From the NCBI GenBank assembly GCA_018883245.1, contig VEQL01000011.1, positions 2,720 to 66,719 of the forward strand: a stretch of 64,000 nt of DNA, read 5' to 3'. This document shows, in pieces, positions 54,911-63,379 of this stretch. The DNA comes from Chthoniobacterales bacterium. Its GTDB lineage: Bacteria > Verrucomicrobiota > Verrucomicrobiia > Chthoniobacterales > JACTMZ01. The position numbers were made by a program, and so were the translations under genes. How positions within the stretch are numbered: the first letter of the stretch is position 1; each line of letters starts with the position of its first letter. The notes beneath the pieces were generated by a model that worked only from the letters and a program-made list of their open reading frames with translations, had not been told where the DNA came from and ran no database searches.

Positions 54911-56797
54911 ATGAGCAGTTCCCCGCGCAAGATCCCGATTCTCGGCACGCCCGTGGCGGTGGTCGATTACGCCTCGGCCGTAGAGGAGTGCAAGCGGCTG
55001 GCCGGCGAAAACCGTCCGGCTTCGGTCGCCGCGAGCAACACGCACATCATTTCGCTCGCGCGCCAAAAACCCGGATTCGCCGGGGTGATGAGACGGTTCG
55101 ATCTCGTGCTGCCCGACGGCATGCCGCTGCGCTGGGCTCTCAACGCGCAGGGAGCCGGGCTGAAGGACCGCGTTTACGGGCCGTATTTCATGGAGCAAAT
55201 GGTTCGCGCCACACCTCGCCCGTGGCGGCACTTTTTTTTCGGCGGAACACCGGATACGCTCGATGCACTGGTCGCGCACCTGCGCGATGTGCAGCCCGGA
55301 CTGCAAGTCGCCGGCACGCTGTCGCCGCCATTCCGCGACTGGACCGAGGATGATGAAATCTCCTTCGCGGCGCAGATCGCCGCGGCCAAGCCGGACTTCG
55401 TGTGGGTGGCACTCGGCGGGGAGAGACAGGAGCGCTGGATCGATGCGAACCTCGGGCGGCACGCGCGGGGGGTTTTCTTTGCGGTGGGCGACGCATTCGT
55501 GCTGCTTGCCGGGCAACGCACATTCGCACCCGCGTGGGTGCAGCGGCTTGGCATCACTTGGGCTTACCGCCTGTGGCAGGAACCAAGGCGCTTGTGGCGC
55601 CGTTATGCACGCTTCAATACACTGTTTATTTACTACAGCCTGCGCGATGCGCTGCTCGGAACACCGGAAAAAGACCGCGAATCCGGGCGTCTCCCCAGCA
55701 TCGCGTTCCTCGGCTCGCGCGGTGTGCCGGCGCGCTACTCCGGCTTCGAGGTCGTGGTGGAGGAACTCGGCAAACGCCTCGCGTCCAAAGGGCATCCGGT
55801 CACCGTCTACAACCGCCTTCCGAACTTCGGCAACCCCCAGCCGGTATGGGAAGGTATGCGCATCATCGGCCTGCCCACCATCCCGACCAAGAGCCTCGAC
55901 ACCATCGTGCATACCACACTTTCGATGATCGATGCCGTGCGCCGCCGCTATGACATCATTTATCTCTGCGGTGTCGGCAACGCGATCCTTGCGCGCTTGG
56001 CCCGCGCACGCGGCATGAAAGTCATCGTCAACGTGGATGGAGCCGACTTCCGGCGGAAAAAATGGAGCGGTTTCGCGCGTTTATGGCTGAAAAAGAGCGA
56101 GCGATGGGCGGCGAAGTTCTCCGATTCCATCATCGCCGACAACGCGACCACCGCCGAACGATACGAGAAACACTACGGCGTGCATCCGGAGCATTTGTCA
56201 TACGGACTGACCATGCGCGAAAAGCCCGTGCACTGCGGAGAGCTGGAGCGGTGGAATGTGAAGGCCGGGGAATATTTTCTCTACGTCTCGCGGCTCACCC
56301 CCGAGAACGAAGCCGAACTCCTCCTCCGTGCCTACCGCGAAGTTCCGGATCCTCTGCCTCTCGTGATTGTTGGAAGCGACCCCTACGAGCATGCCTACCG
56401 GCGCAAACTCGGGAAGCTGGCCACGGATCGCGTCATTTTCACCGGTTTGCGTTTCGCCGATTCCTACATCGAACTCAGCCAGAACGCCCGCGCCTTCGTC
56501 ATGCCCGCGACAATCGAGGCGACCCGACTTGTTTTGCTCGACCAACTCGGGATGGGAAAAGCGATCATCTATCACGACTGCGCGGCGACGCGCGAAGTAA
56601 TCGGCGACGCGGGAATTCCATTCGGCCCCGCCGACCCGCGGCAGAGCCTCGCGGCAAAGCTTGCGTGGGCCAAAGATCATCCCGAACAGTGTGCCGACGC
56701 AGGTCGCCGAGCCCTCGAACGGGCCAAGCTGTTTTGCTGGGACGCTGTGCTCGAACGCTACGAGACGATCTTCGAACGGATCTCGGGGCAGGACTGA
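54911..56797 (+). CDS. Two-domain glycosyltransferase: N-terminal WecG/TagA/CpsF (GT26) fused to a C-terminal DUF1972-type GT4
   Basis: GT26: ILGTPVAVVDY...VLPDGMPLRWA...VALGGERQERWI. GT4: IAFLGSRGVPARYSGFEVVVEELGKRL...LYVSRLTPENEAELLL...EATRLVLLDQLGMGKAII. Confidence 0.8.
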   Translation: MSSSPRKIPILGTPVAVVDYASAVEECKRLAGENRPASVAASNTHIISLARQKPGFAGVMRRFDLVLPDGMPLRWALNAQGAGLKDRVYGPYFMEQMVRATPRPWRHFFFGGTPDTLDALVAHLRDVQPGLQVAGTLSPPFRDWTEDDEISFAAQIAAAKPDFVWVALGGERQERWIDANLGRHARGVFFAVGDAFVLLAGQRTFAPAWVQRLGITWAYRLWQEPRRLWRRYARFNTLFIYYSLRDALLGTPEKDRESGRLPSIAFLGSRGVPARYSGFEVVVEELGKRLASKGHPVTVYNRLPNFGNPQPVWEGMRIIGLPTIPTKSLDTIVHTTLSMIDAVRRRYDIIYLCGVGNAILARLARARGMKVIVNVDGADFRRKKWSGFARLWLKKSERWAAKFSDSIIADNATTAERYEKHYGVHPEHLSYGLTMREKPVHCGELERWNVKAGEYFLYVSRLTPENEAELLLRAYREVPDPLPLVIVGSDPYEHAYRRKLGKLATDRVIFTGLRFADSYIELSQNARAFVMPATIEATRLVLLDQLGMGKAIIYHDCAATREVIGDAGIPFGPADPRQSLAAKLAWAKDHPEQCADAGRRALERAKLFCWDAVLERYETIFERISGQD

Positions 56798-56800
56798 CAC

Positions 56801-57562
56801 ATGAAACTTTCCGTCGTCACCCCGTCGCTCAACCAAGGCCGCTACCTCGGGGAATGCCTTGCCTCCGTGCGCACCGCGACGGCAACGGCCGCACCGCATG
56901 AGGTCGAGCACATCGTCATCGATGGCGGATCGACCGACGGTTCGGTGGATCTGTTGCGCGCGGCGACGGACATACGATGGATTTCCGAAAAAGACAGCGG
57001 GCAATCGGATGCCATCAACAAAGGGCTGACGATGGCGACCGGCGATGTGCTGGCTTATCTGTGCGCAGACGACCTCTACGAACCGACCGCCGCCAAACGC
57101 GTCCTGGACACGTTCGCGGGCGACGATGCCATCGATGTCGTTTATGCGGACTTTTTCTTTCTCGAAGGAGATTCCGGACGCAAACGCCGCAAGTCAGCTG
57201 CAGGGTTCTCGCCGGGAGCGCTCCGCTCCCGCAATCCCCTCGGACAGCCCGCGGTCTGGTGGCGCCGTCGCGTTTACGAGAAATTCGGCACCTTCGACAC
57301 ATCGCTTCACTACTGCATGGACCACGAATACTGGCTGCGCTTGGGCACGCGTGTGCGTTGGCATTACATTGCGGAGCCGCTCGCCGTGTCGCGTTTGCAT
57401 TCCGACGCCAAGACCAGCCGCAGCCTGCCCGCGATGTGGCGCGAGACCGCCCGGATGCTCACACGCGACGGCTGGCGTCCCGGTCCATGGTGGAACGCAT
57501 TCGCCATGGCTGCTTGGGGTCGTCACTACTACCTGTTGAAACGCTGGTGGTTCGCCCGATGA
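56801..57562 (+). CDS. GT2-family glycosyltransferase
   Basis: LSVVTPSLNQGRYLGECLASV, IVIDGGSTDGS, LCADDLY. Confidence 0.8.
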   Translation: MKLSVVTPSLNQGRYLGECLASVRTATATAAPHEVEHIVIDGGSTDGSVDLLRAATDIRWISEKDSGQSDAINKGLTMATGDVLAYLCADDLYEPTAAKRVLDTFAGDDAIDVVYADFFFLEGDSGRKRRKSAAGFSPGALRSRNPLGQPAVWWRRRVYEKFGTFDTSLHYCMDHEYWLRLGTRVRWHYIAEPLAVSRLHSDAKTSRSLPAMWRETARMLTRDGWRPGPWWNAFAMAAWGRHYYLLKRWWFAR

Positions 57563-58626
57563 AACCGCGCCTCCTCATCGTCGAATTGCACCATCTGGGC
57601 GATGCGGTCCTGAGCATCCCTTTCGTGCGTGGTGCGCAAAAAAAATACGAGGTGCACGTCCTGTGCCGACCCGACACGCGCGGTATTTACGAGCTTCTGG
57701 AAACTCCGCCTGTCATTCATCCGTGGGAGCCGCCGTGGGCGGACGGACAACCATGTTCCCCTCTCGGGGCCATCACTGCCGCGCGGAATCAAGGTCGCTC
57801 CATGCGCGATCTGGATTTCGCCGCAGCTGTTTGTGTTTGGGCCGACGCACGCGCCGCCATCTTGATGGCGGAAACAAAAGCGAAAGCGCGCGCGGGCTTT
57901 CCCATGACCCCGGGCAACTACTACGCCGCCGAACTGCCTTGGCGGCGACGCCGGCGCATCCTCGGACGAGCCATCGAGATCTTCCGGAGTATCACGCATC
58001 CCCGCACCCCGCTGCTCACGCACGGCCTTGAACGTGAAAGCATGCGCCAACCGCATCTCCGATGCTGGGAGCAAATCGGCGAGGCTATGGGCTTGGAGTG
58101 CAATTACTCGGTTCCTTGGCTTCCGGCCAAACACGCGCAACAAGCGCCGTTGGGGAATCGTCCGGTCCTCGCGTTCCACCCGCATGCCCGCCTGCCCGGC
58201 AAGCAATGGCACCCCGAACGATGGAAAGAACTTCTCGCCACGGACTCCGTCCGCACCAATTTCGATTTGCTGGAGATCGTCCCGCCCGGATGCAATCCCG
58301 TGGAAGCCGCGGAAATACGCCGGGTCTCGACCCCTGACACCGCCGCGCTCATCGGGGCTGTTGCGTCAGCCGATGTCCTTCTCTGTCACGACTCCTTCCC
58401 CGCACATCTCGCCGCCGCGCTGGGCAAACCGGTCGTGACAATCTTTGGTTCGGGCGAGCCGGACTGGTTTGCACCTTGGCAGAACCGCGAGCGTGTGGTT
58501 CAACGCCGCGTCTGTCCGCTGCATCCGTGCATCGACCGTTGCGGAATGGACCGCTACATCTGCGTCGATGCCGTTGCGGTGGCCGATGTCCTGCAGCAGC
58601 TGGAGAAACTTGTCCCCACGCGATGA
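57559..58626 (+). CDS. GT9-family (heptosyltransferase-like) glycosyltransferase
   Basis: RLLIVELHHLGDAVLSIPF, and C-terminal LLCHDSFPAHLAAALGKPVVTIFG. The ATG at 57559 forms an ATGA overlap with the previous stop. Confidence 0.75.
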   Translation: MKPRLLIVELHHLGDAVLSIPFVRGAQKKYEVHVLCRPDTRGIYELLETPPVIHPWEPPWADGQPCSPLGAITAARNQGRSMRDLDFAAAVCVWADARAAILMAETKAKARAGFPMTPGNYYAAELPWRRRRRILGRAIEIFRSITHPRTPLLTHGLERESMRQPHLRCWEQIGEAMGLECNYSVPWLPAKHAQQAPLGNRPVLAFHPHARLPGKQWHPERWKELLATDSVRTNFDLLEIVPPGCNPVEAAEIRRVSTPDTAALIGAVASADVLLCHDSFPAHLAAALGKPVVTIFGSGEPDWFAPWQNRERVVQRRVCPLHPCIDRCGMDRYICVDAVAVADVLQQLEKLVPTR

Positions 58627-59507
58627 AAATCCTGCTCTTCGGCGCTGCCGGTCTCCTCGGTCGATATTTGGTCGAAGAGTTCTCCAGGCACTCCTGCGAA
58701 TTCGCCGCGCTGACGCACAAGGAGGCCGACATCACCGACGCGCGTCGCCTCGACGCATTGTTCGACCGGCCCTGGGACGTGGTGATCAACGCAGCGGCTG
58801 TTTGTGATTTCGACGCTTGCCAGCGCGATCCGCTCGGCACGGGGCTGGTCAACCGCGACGCACCACTCGACATCGCCCGCCGCTGCGAAGCGCGGGGAGC
58901 CCTGTTTGTTCAGTTCAGCTCGGATTACATTTTCGCCGGCGATGGCGCCCAACCGCTCACCGAGGAGGATGCACCGCACCCGCTGTCGGTTTATGGCGAC
59001 CAGAAAGCCGCGCTGGAGAAGGAAATCCCCCTCCTCTGCCCGCGGAGCCTCGTGCTTCGCCTATCCTGGCTTTACGGTGTCGGCGGCAGGACGTTCATGA
59101 GCAGCATGCCGTCCTTGCTCGCTTCGCAACCGGTTTTGCGGACCGCAGCGGGAAAAAAAGGCTCGTGCCTTTACGCGGCTGACGGCGCCCTCTGGACGAG
59201 GCGTTTGATCGAATCCGGGGCGACAGGATTGTTCAATGTGGTCAACGCGGGCGAAACGTCATGGGAGGAATTTGCCCGCACCTGCCTCGAAATCATGGGT
59301 TCCTTCGGCCTTGCTCCCGCATGCCGAACCATCGAAGAGATACCTTACGAAAAATTGGGGCCAGAATGGTCGAAGCGCCCGCGCTATTCGTGCCTCGCTG
59401 TGGACAAACTGGCCTCGCTGCTGCCGCCAGGACCGCGGCGCTGGGAGAAAGCTCTTGAGGCGTTTCTCGCCGATTGGAAATCGTTTGCTCCCGCAGGTGG
59501 GGTATGA
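58623..59507 (+). CDS. dTDP-4-dehydrorhamnose reductase-like NAD(P)-dependent reductase
   Basis: MKILLFGAAGLLGRYL (Rossmann), SSDYIF, YGDQKAALE (YxxxK). ATGA overlap with the GT9 stop. Confidence 0.75.
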   Translation: MKILLFGAAGLLGRYLVEEFSRHSCEFAALTHKEADITDARRLDALFDRPWDVVINAAAVCDFDACQRDPLGTGLVNRDAPLDIARRCEARGALFVQFSSDYIFAGDGAQPLTEEDAPHPLSVYGDQKAALEKEIPLLCPRSLVLRLSWLYGVGGRTFMSSMPSLLASQPVLRTAAGKKGSCLYAADGALWTRRLIESGATGLFNVVNAGETSWEEFARTCLEIMGSFGLAPACRTIEEIPYEKLGPEWSKRPRYSCLAVDKLASLLPPGPRRWEKALEAFLADWKSFAPAGGV

Positions 59508-59523
59508 AACTTTCTGACACTCG

Positions 59524-60489
59524 ATGAATCCGCTTCCTACGGCCACGAATGGACGCATCTCCTTGCTTCCGGGGAATATTTTTGCAGCGGTGGCGACAGT
59601 TGCCATATTTGGTGTCCTCTTTGCATGGTTCCCCTACGCCTCGGGATACGGCGCGATGCGGGCGAACATGTTCGAATTCATGTCCTTCGTCTGGAAGGAT
59701 CCCGAATGGGAGCATTGCTGGCTGGTGCCGCTAGCTGTCATAGGGCTGGTCTATTACCGGCGGAAGTCGCTCGCTGCATTGCCGGTGGAAGGCTCGCTGT
59801 CGGGCCTTTTTGCCTTGTGCGGCGCGTTCTTCATCTACTGGGTCGGATACCTTGCCGACAATATTTACATCGGCTATGCGGCACTGATCGGATTCGTCGG
59901 CGCGGTCGTGCTGTGGATGCTCGGATGGCGATGGCTCAAAGCCCTTGCGTTCCCGATAGCCTTTCTGGCGTTCATGTTTCCCCTCCCGTTCATGGACAAC
60001 CTGCTCGCCTTCCCGCTCCGAATCTTGATGTCGGCGGTCAGCGTCGGATTCCTGAATCTTGTCGGTCTTTCGTGCATGCAGAGCGGAACGGCGATCGTTT
60101 CCGCACCGGATTTCGCCGCGGGCTTGGTTGCCGGACAACGTTTCGCGGTCGATGTCGCCGATCCTTGCAGCGGAATACGGTCGCTCTTTGCGCTTATGAT
60201 GGTCAGCGCGGTTTATGGATATGTCGCCATGGATCGTCCGTGGCAGAAATGGGTCGTCTTCCTTTCTTCCATCCCGCTGGCCGTGGCCGGAAATTTCGCG
60301 CGCATCATCATGCTCACGCTGGGAACCATCACGCTCGGACCCGCGAAAGCAATCGGCTCGATCGAGGAACCCACGGTTTTCCACATGGCCTCGGGCTTTC
60401 TCGTGTTTGCCGTCGCGCTCGGCGGCATGCTGCTCGTGGGGGCGATCCTGCAGCGCCTTTCCAAACCGAAGGAGCCGGCTGCGCCATGA
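59524..60489 (+). CDS. Exosortase (Xrt family; subclass unassigned)
   Basis: Polytopic. The catalytic Cys motif is DVADPCSGIRSLFALM, the conserved Arg is in AGNFARIIML, and there is a later His (VFHMASGF). Confidence 0.8.
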   Translation: MNPLPTATNGRISLLPGNIFAAVATVAIFGVLFAWFPYASGYGAMRANMFEFMSFVWKDPEWEHCWLVPLAVIGLVYYRRKSLAALPVEGSLSGLFALCGAFFIYWVGYLADNIYIGYAALIGFVGAVVLWMLGWRWLKALAFPIAFLAFMFPLPFMDNLLAFPLRILMSAVSVGFLNLVGLSCMQSGTAIVSAPDFAAGLVAGQRFAVDVADPCSGIRSLFALMMVSAVYGYVAMDRPWQKWVVFLSSIPLAVAGNFARIIMLTLGTITLGPAKAIGSIEEPTVFHMASGFLVFAVALGGMLLVGAILQRLSKPKEPAAP

Positions 60490-61202
60490 CTTCGTCATGC
60501 ATTCCTTGGTGGCGCACGGCCACGCTTATCGGCCTCGCGGCTGTTACAGTATTGTTGTGCCGGAAAACTTCTCCGCCCCAGCTTGTTCCGGAGGCAGGGG
60601 TGGTCATGCAATTGCCAACGCTTGTCGGCGAATTCTGGGGAACGAGTGAACCGGTCTCTCCGAGCGAGTTGGCCATGTTGCCCAAGGACACCCTGTTCGA
60701 GAAAAAAATTTACCAGGATCTCTCGGGCGACACGCTCACTGCACAGATCGTGCTAAGCGGCGGGGAAAAACGCAGCATTCACCGTCCGGAGATCTGCCTT
60801 CCCGCGCAAGGCTGGACGATACAAAGCGGTGATGTGATTCCCGTCACGCTTCCTACCGGACGCGTGCTCGAGGTCATGAAACTGACCCTCGTCCGGACGA
60901 TCGAAGTGGCCCCTGGTCAGCGCAAAACTCTCAAAAGCTACTTCCTCTACTGGTTTGTCGGCAAAGACACCACGACACCGCGCCACTGGGTGCGCTTGGC
61001 CAAAACCAACTGGGACATGGTCGTGAAAAAACTCCAGCACCGCTGGGCCTACGTCATCGTCAGCTCGCCAGTCCTCGAAGGATTCAAGCCCGGCGCCAAA
61101 ACCGACGCGCAAACGCTCGACATGCTCATCGACTTCATCCGCCAAGCCGTCCCGAAATTCCAGCTCTCGGAAATGCCGGAGGACGAGCGGCCGCAGACCT
61201 GA
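60486..61202 (+). CDS. EpsI-family exosortase-associated protein
   Basis: An N-terminal TM segment is followed by IHRPEICLPAQGW, the hallmark H.PE.C.P..GW motif of EpsI/DUF3485. ATGA overlap with the exosortase stop. Confidence 0.78.
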   Translation: MTSSCIPWWRTATLIGLAAVTVLLCRKTSPPQLVPEAGVVMQLPTLVGEFWGTSEPVSPSELAMLPKDTLFEKKIYQDLSGDTLTAQIVLSGGEKRSIHRPEICLPAQGWTIQSGDVIPVTLPTGRVLEVMKLTLVRTIEVAPGQRKTLKSYFLYWFVGKDTTTPRHWVRLAKTNWDMVVKKLQHRWAYVIVSSPVLEGFKPGAKTDAQTLDMLIDFIRQAVPKFQLSEMPEDERPQT

Positions 61203-61226
61203 CCAGCGTCGCGCGCAAAGACGGCA

Positions 61227-62462
61227 TCACTCGATTGCGAGAACCCGGCGCGCGACGGATGGCGCATCGACGGGCCGACGACTGTGCACGCGCAAAAGCC
61301 GCTCACCGCACACAACATCGGCGCCCTGCTTGCGCAGGCATTCCACGCCGACGGCGAAATCAACCGAGTCATCGGCCTTCGCCCTCCCGGCACCGAGTTC
61401 CACGCAGAGGCGGCCGATTTCAAGAGCATCGAGCTTTGCGAGTTTTCCCGTCGCGGGGGCCATGACATCGGTGATCACCGGCGCGCGGTGGATTTCACGC
61501 ATTCTCCCCAGGGCCGCAGCATCACCCCCTTGGGCCTGGATCATTGCCACGAACTTCTCCCACGCGCTGCCGTCTTTCAAGCGTCCGGCAAGCTTCTCCA
61601 TGGGCACGGACACAAGCTTGGCGGCGAGCGCGAGCGTCAAGTCGATCAAATCTTCGGGACCGCCGCCTCTGAGCACATCGACGCACTCTGCCACCTCGAG
61701 CGCGTTGCCCGCGGTGCAACCAAGCGGCTCGTCCATCGGATTGAGCATCGCATGCGTATCGACTCCGGCTTCGCGGCCGACCGCCACCATGGCGTCAGCC
61801 AAGCGTCGCGCATCCTCGCGCGTTTTCATGAACGCACCGCGGCCGAATTTCACGTCAAGCACCAGACGGTCGAGCGACTCCGCGAGCTTTTTCGACATGA
61901 TGCTCGCCACGATGAGGGGCAACGACGCCACCGTTCCCGTGACATCGCGCAGCGCGTAAAGTTTCTTGTCCGCCGGACAAAAGCTCGCCGTCTGGCCGGT
62001 GATAAAACATCCCACGCGCTCGAGTTGGGCGAGCATTTCAGGCCACGAGAGGTTGAAGCGCCAACCGGGGATGCTCTCGAGCTTGTCCAACGTGCCGCCG
62101 GTGAAGCCGAGGCCGCGACCGGATACCATCGGGACCCAGACGCCTTCGCAGGCCAACAAGGGCGCGAGGATGAGCGAAACTTTGTCACCCACTCCTCCCG
62201 TCGAGTGTTTGTCCACTTTGGGCGGTGTTCCGGCTGGCCAACGGAAAACATCTCCCGAATCGCGCATCTGCAACGTGAGCGCGGTGGTCTCCGTCGAATT
62301 CATGCCCCGGAAAAAAACCGCCATGGCAAACGCCGCCATTTGGTAATCCGGCACTTCCCCACGCACATAACCACCAATCAAGGACTCGATCTCCCGCGCG
62401 TCCAGCACGCCACCATCGCGCTTTTTCTCGATGAGAGCCGGAATATGCATCGGCCCGGTCAT
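61227..62462 (-). CDS. deoA: Thymidine/pyrimidine-nucleoside phosphorylase
   Basis: IEKKRDGGVL, DKHSTGGVGDKVSL, SGRGLGFTGGTLDKLESIPG. The start was trimmed to the ATG at 62462, 4 nt below the upstream stop. Confidence 0.9.
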   Translation of the reverse strand: MTGPMHIPALIEKKRDGGVLDAREIESLIGGYVRGEVPDYQMAAFAMAVFFRGMNSTETTALTLQMRDSGDVFRWPAGTPPKVDKHSTGGVGDKVSLILAPLLACEGVWVPMVSGRGLGFTGGTLDKLESIPGWRFNLSWPEMLAQLERVGCFITGQTASFCPADKKLYALRDVTGTVASLPLIVASIMSKKLAESLDRLVLDVKFGRGAFMKTREDARRLADAMVAVGREAGVDTHAMLNPMDEPLGCTAGNALEVAECVDVLRGGGPEDLIDLTLALAAKLVSVPMEKLAGRLKDGSAWEKFVAMIQAQGGDAAALGRMREIHRAPVITDVMAPATGKLAKLDALEIGRLCVELGAGRAKADDSVDFAVGVECLRKQGADVVCGERLLRVHSRRPVDAPSVARRVLAIE

Positions 62463-62466
62463 CCAA

Positions 62467-63360
62467 TTACCATCCGATAGGATGCCACGCCGTCTTGAAC
62501 TCGACGGTGTCGAGGATCCACTGCGGGCGGCCAGCAACGCGCCAGTCGTCGTCGGGCAGATCATGCCGCGCATAGCGCTTGAGGTTGGTTGCTGTGCCTT
62601 CGTGCAAAATTTTGTCGAGAGCGGCATCCGCGCACCCGCTGACAACCGCGTTCACATCCATATGCGACGCGGCAATCGGTGCAAGCTCGGCGCGTTGTCC
62701 GGAAAGAATGTTCACTACCCCCCCGGGCAAATCGCTCGTTGCTAAAATCTCGGCAAAGGTCAGGGCAGGCAACGGCGCCGTCTGCGAACAAACCGCGATG
62801 CACGTGTTGCCCGTGAGGATGGTCGCCGCAACCAGATGGACAAGAGCAACGAAGGACGGTTGATCCGGACAGAAAAGGACAACCACGCCCGTTCCCTCGG
62901 GATAAGTGAAGTTGAAATGCGGGGAAGAAACCGGATTCACCGAACCGAACACCGCGGTGAATTTGTCCGTCCATCCCGCATAATGGATCAGCAACTCGAC
63001 CGCATCGCATACCTCGCGCCGGCCAGCGGCGCGGCGGACGCCGGTGCTGCGGACGATTTCCTGTTCCATCTCGATCGCGCGCGTCTCGAGCATCTCCGCG
63101 GCGCGATACAAAATCTGCCCCCGAAGATAAGGAGTCGTGTTGCTCCATTTCCCGAAAGCCTTGCGCGCTGCCACCACAGCATCGCGGAAATCCTTGCGCG
63201 ACGCGCGGCATACTTGGGCGAGAACGTGTTTGCCGTCCGTCGATACAACAGGAACAACCTTCCCGCTTTCCGACCGGATGAATGCGCCCCCGACGTGAAG
63301 TTTATAGGTCTTGAGGACTGGCAGACGGCCGCTTCTTGCCGCCGCGGGGGCTTTTGCCAT
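62467..63360 (-). CDS. Truncated aldehyde dehydrogenase-like protein (N-terminal/cofactor-binding region only)
   Basis: The start was trimmed to the ATG at 63360. KTYKLHVGGAFIRSESGK, ASRKDFRDAVVAARKAFGKW and LPGGVVNILSG follow the ALDH fold order. The ORF stops after 297 aa, before any ELGGK/catalytic-Cys block. Confidence 0.6.
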   Translation of the reverse strand: MAKAPAAARSGRLPVLKTYKLHVGGAFIRSESGKVVPVVSTDGKHVLAQVCRASRKDFRDAVVAARKAFGKWSNTTPYLRGQILYRAAEMLETRAIEMEQEIVRSTGVRRAAGRREVCDAVELLIHYAGWTDKFTAVFGSVNPVSSPHFNFTYPEGTGVVVLFCPDQPSFVALVHLVAATILTGNTCIAVCSQTAPLPALTFAEILATSDLPGGVVNILSGQRAELAPIAASHMDVNAVVSGCADAALDKILHEGTATNLKRYARHDLPDDDWRVAGRPQWILDTVEFKTAWHPIGW

Positions 63361-63379
63361 AGCGTGGCGAAAGTAGCCA

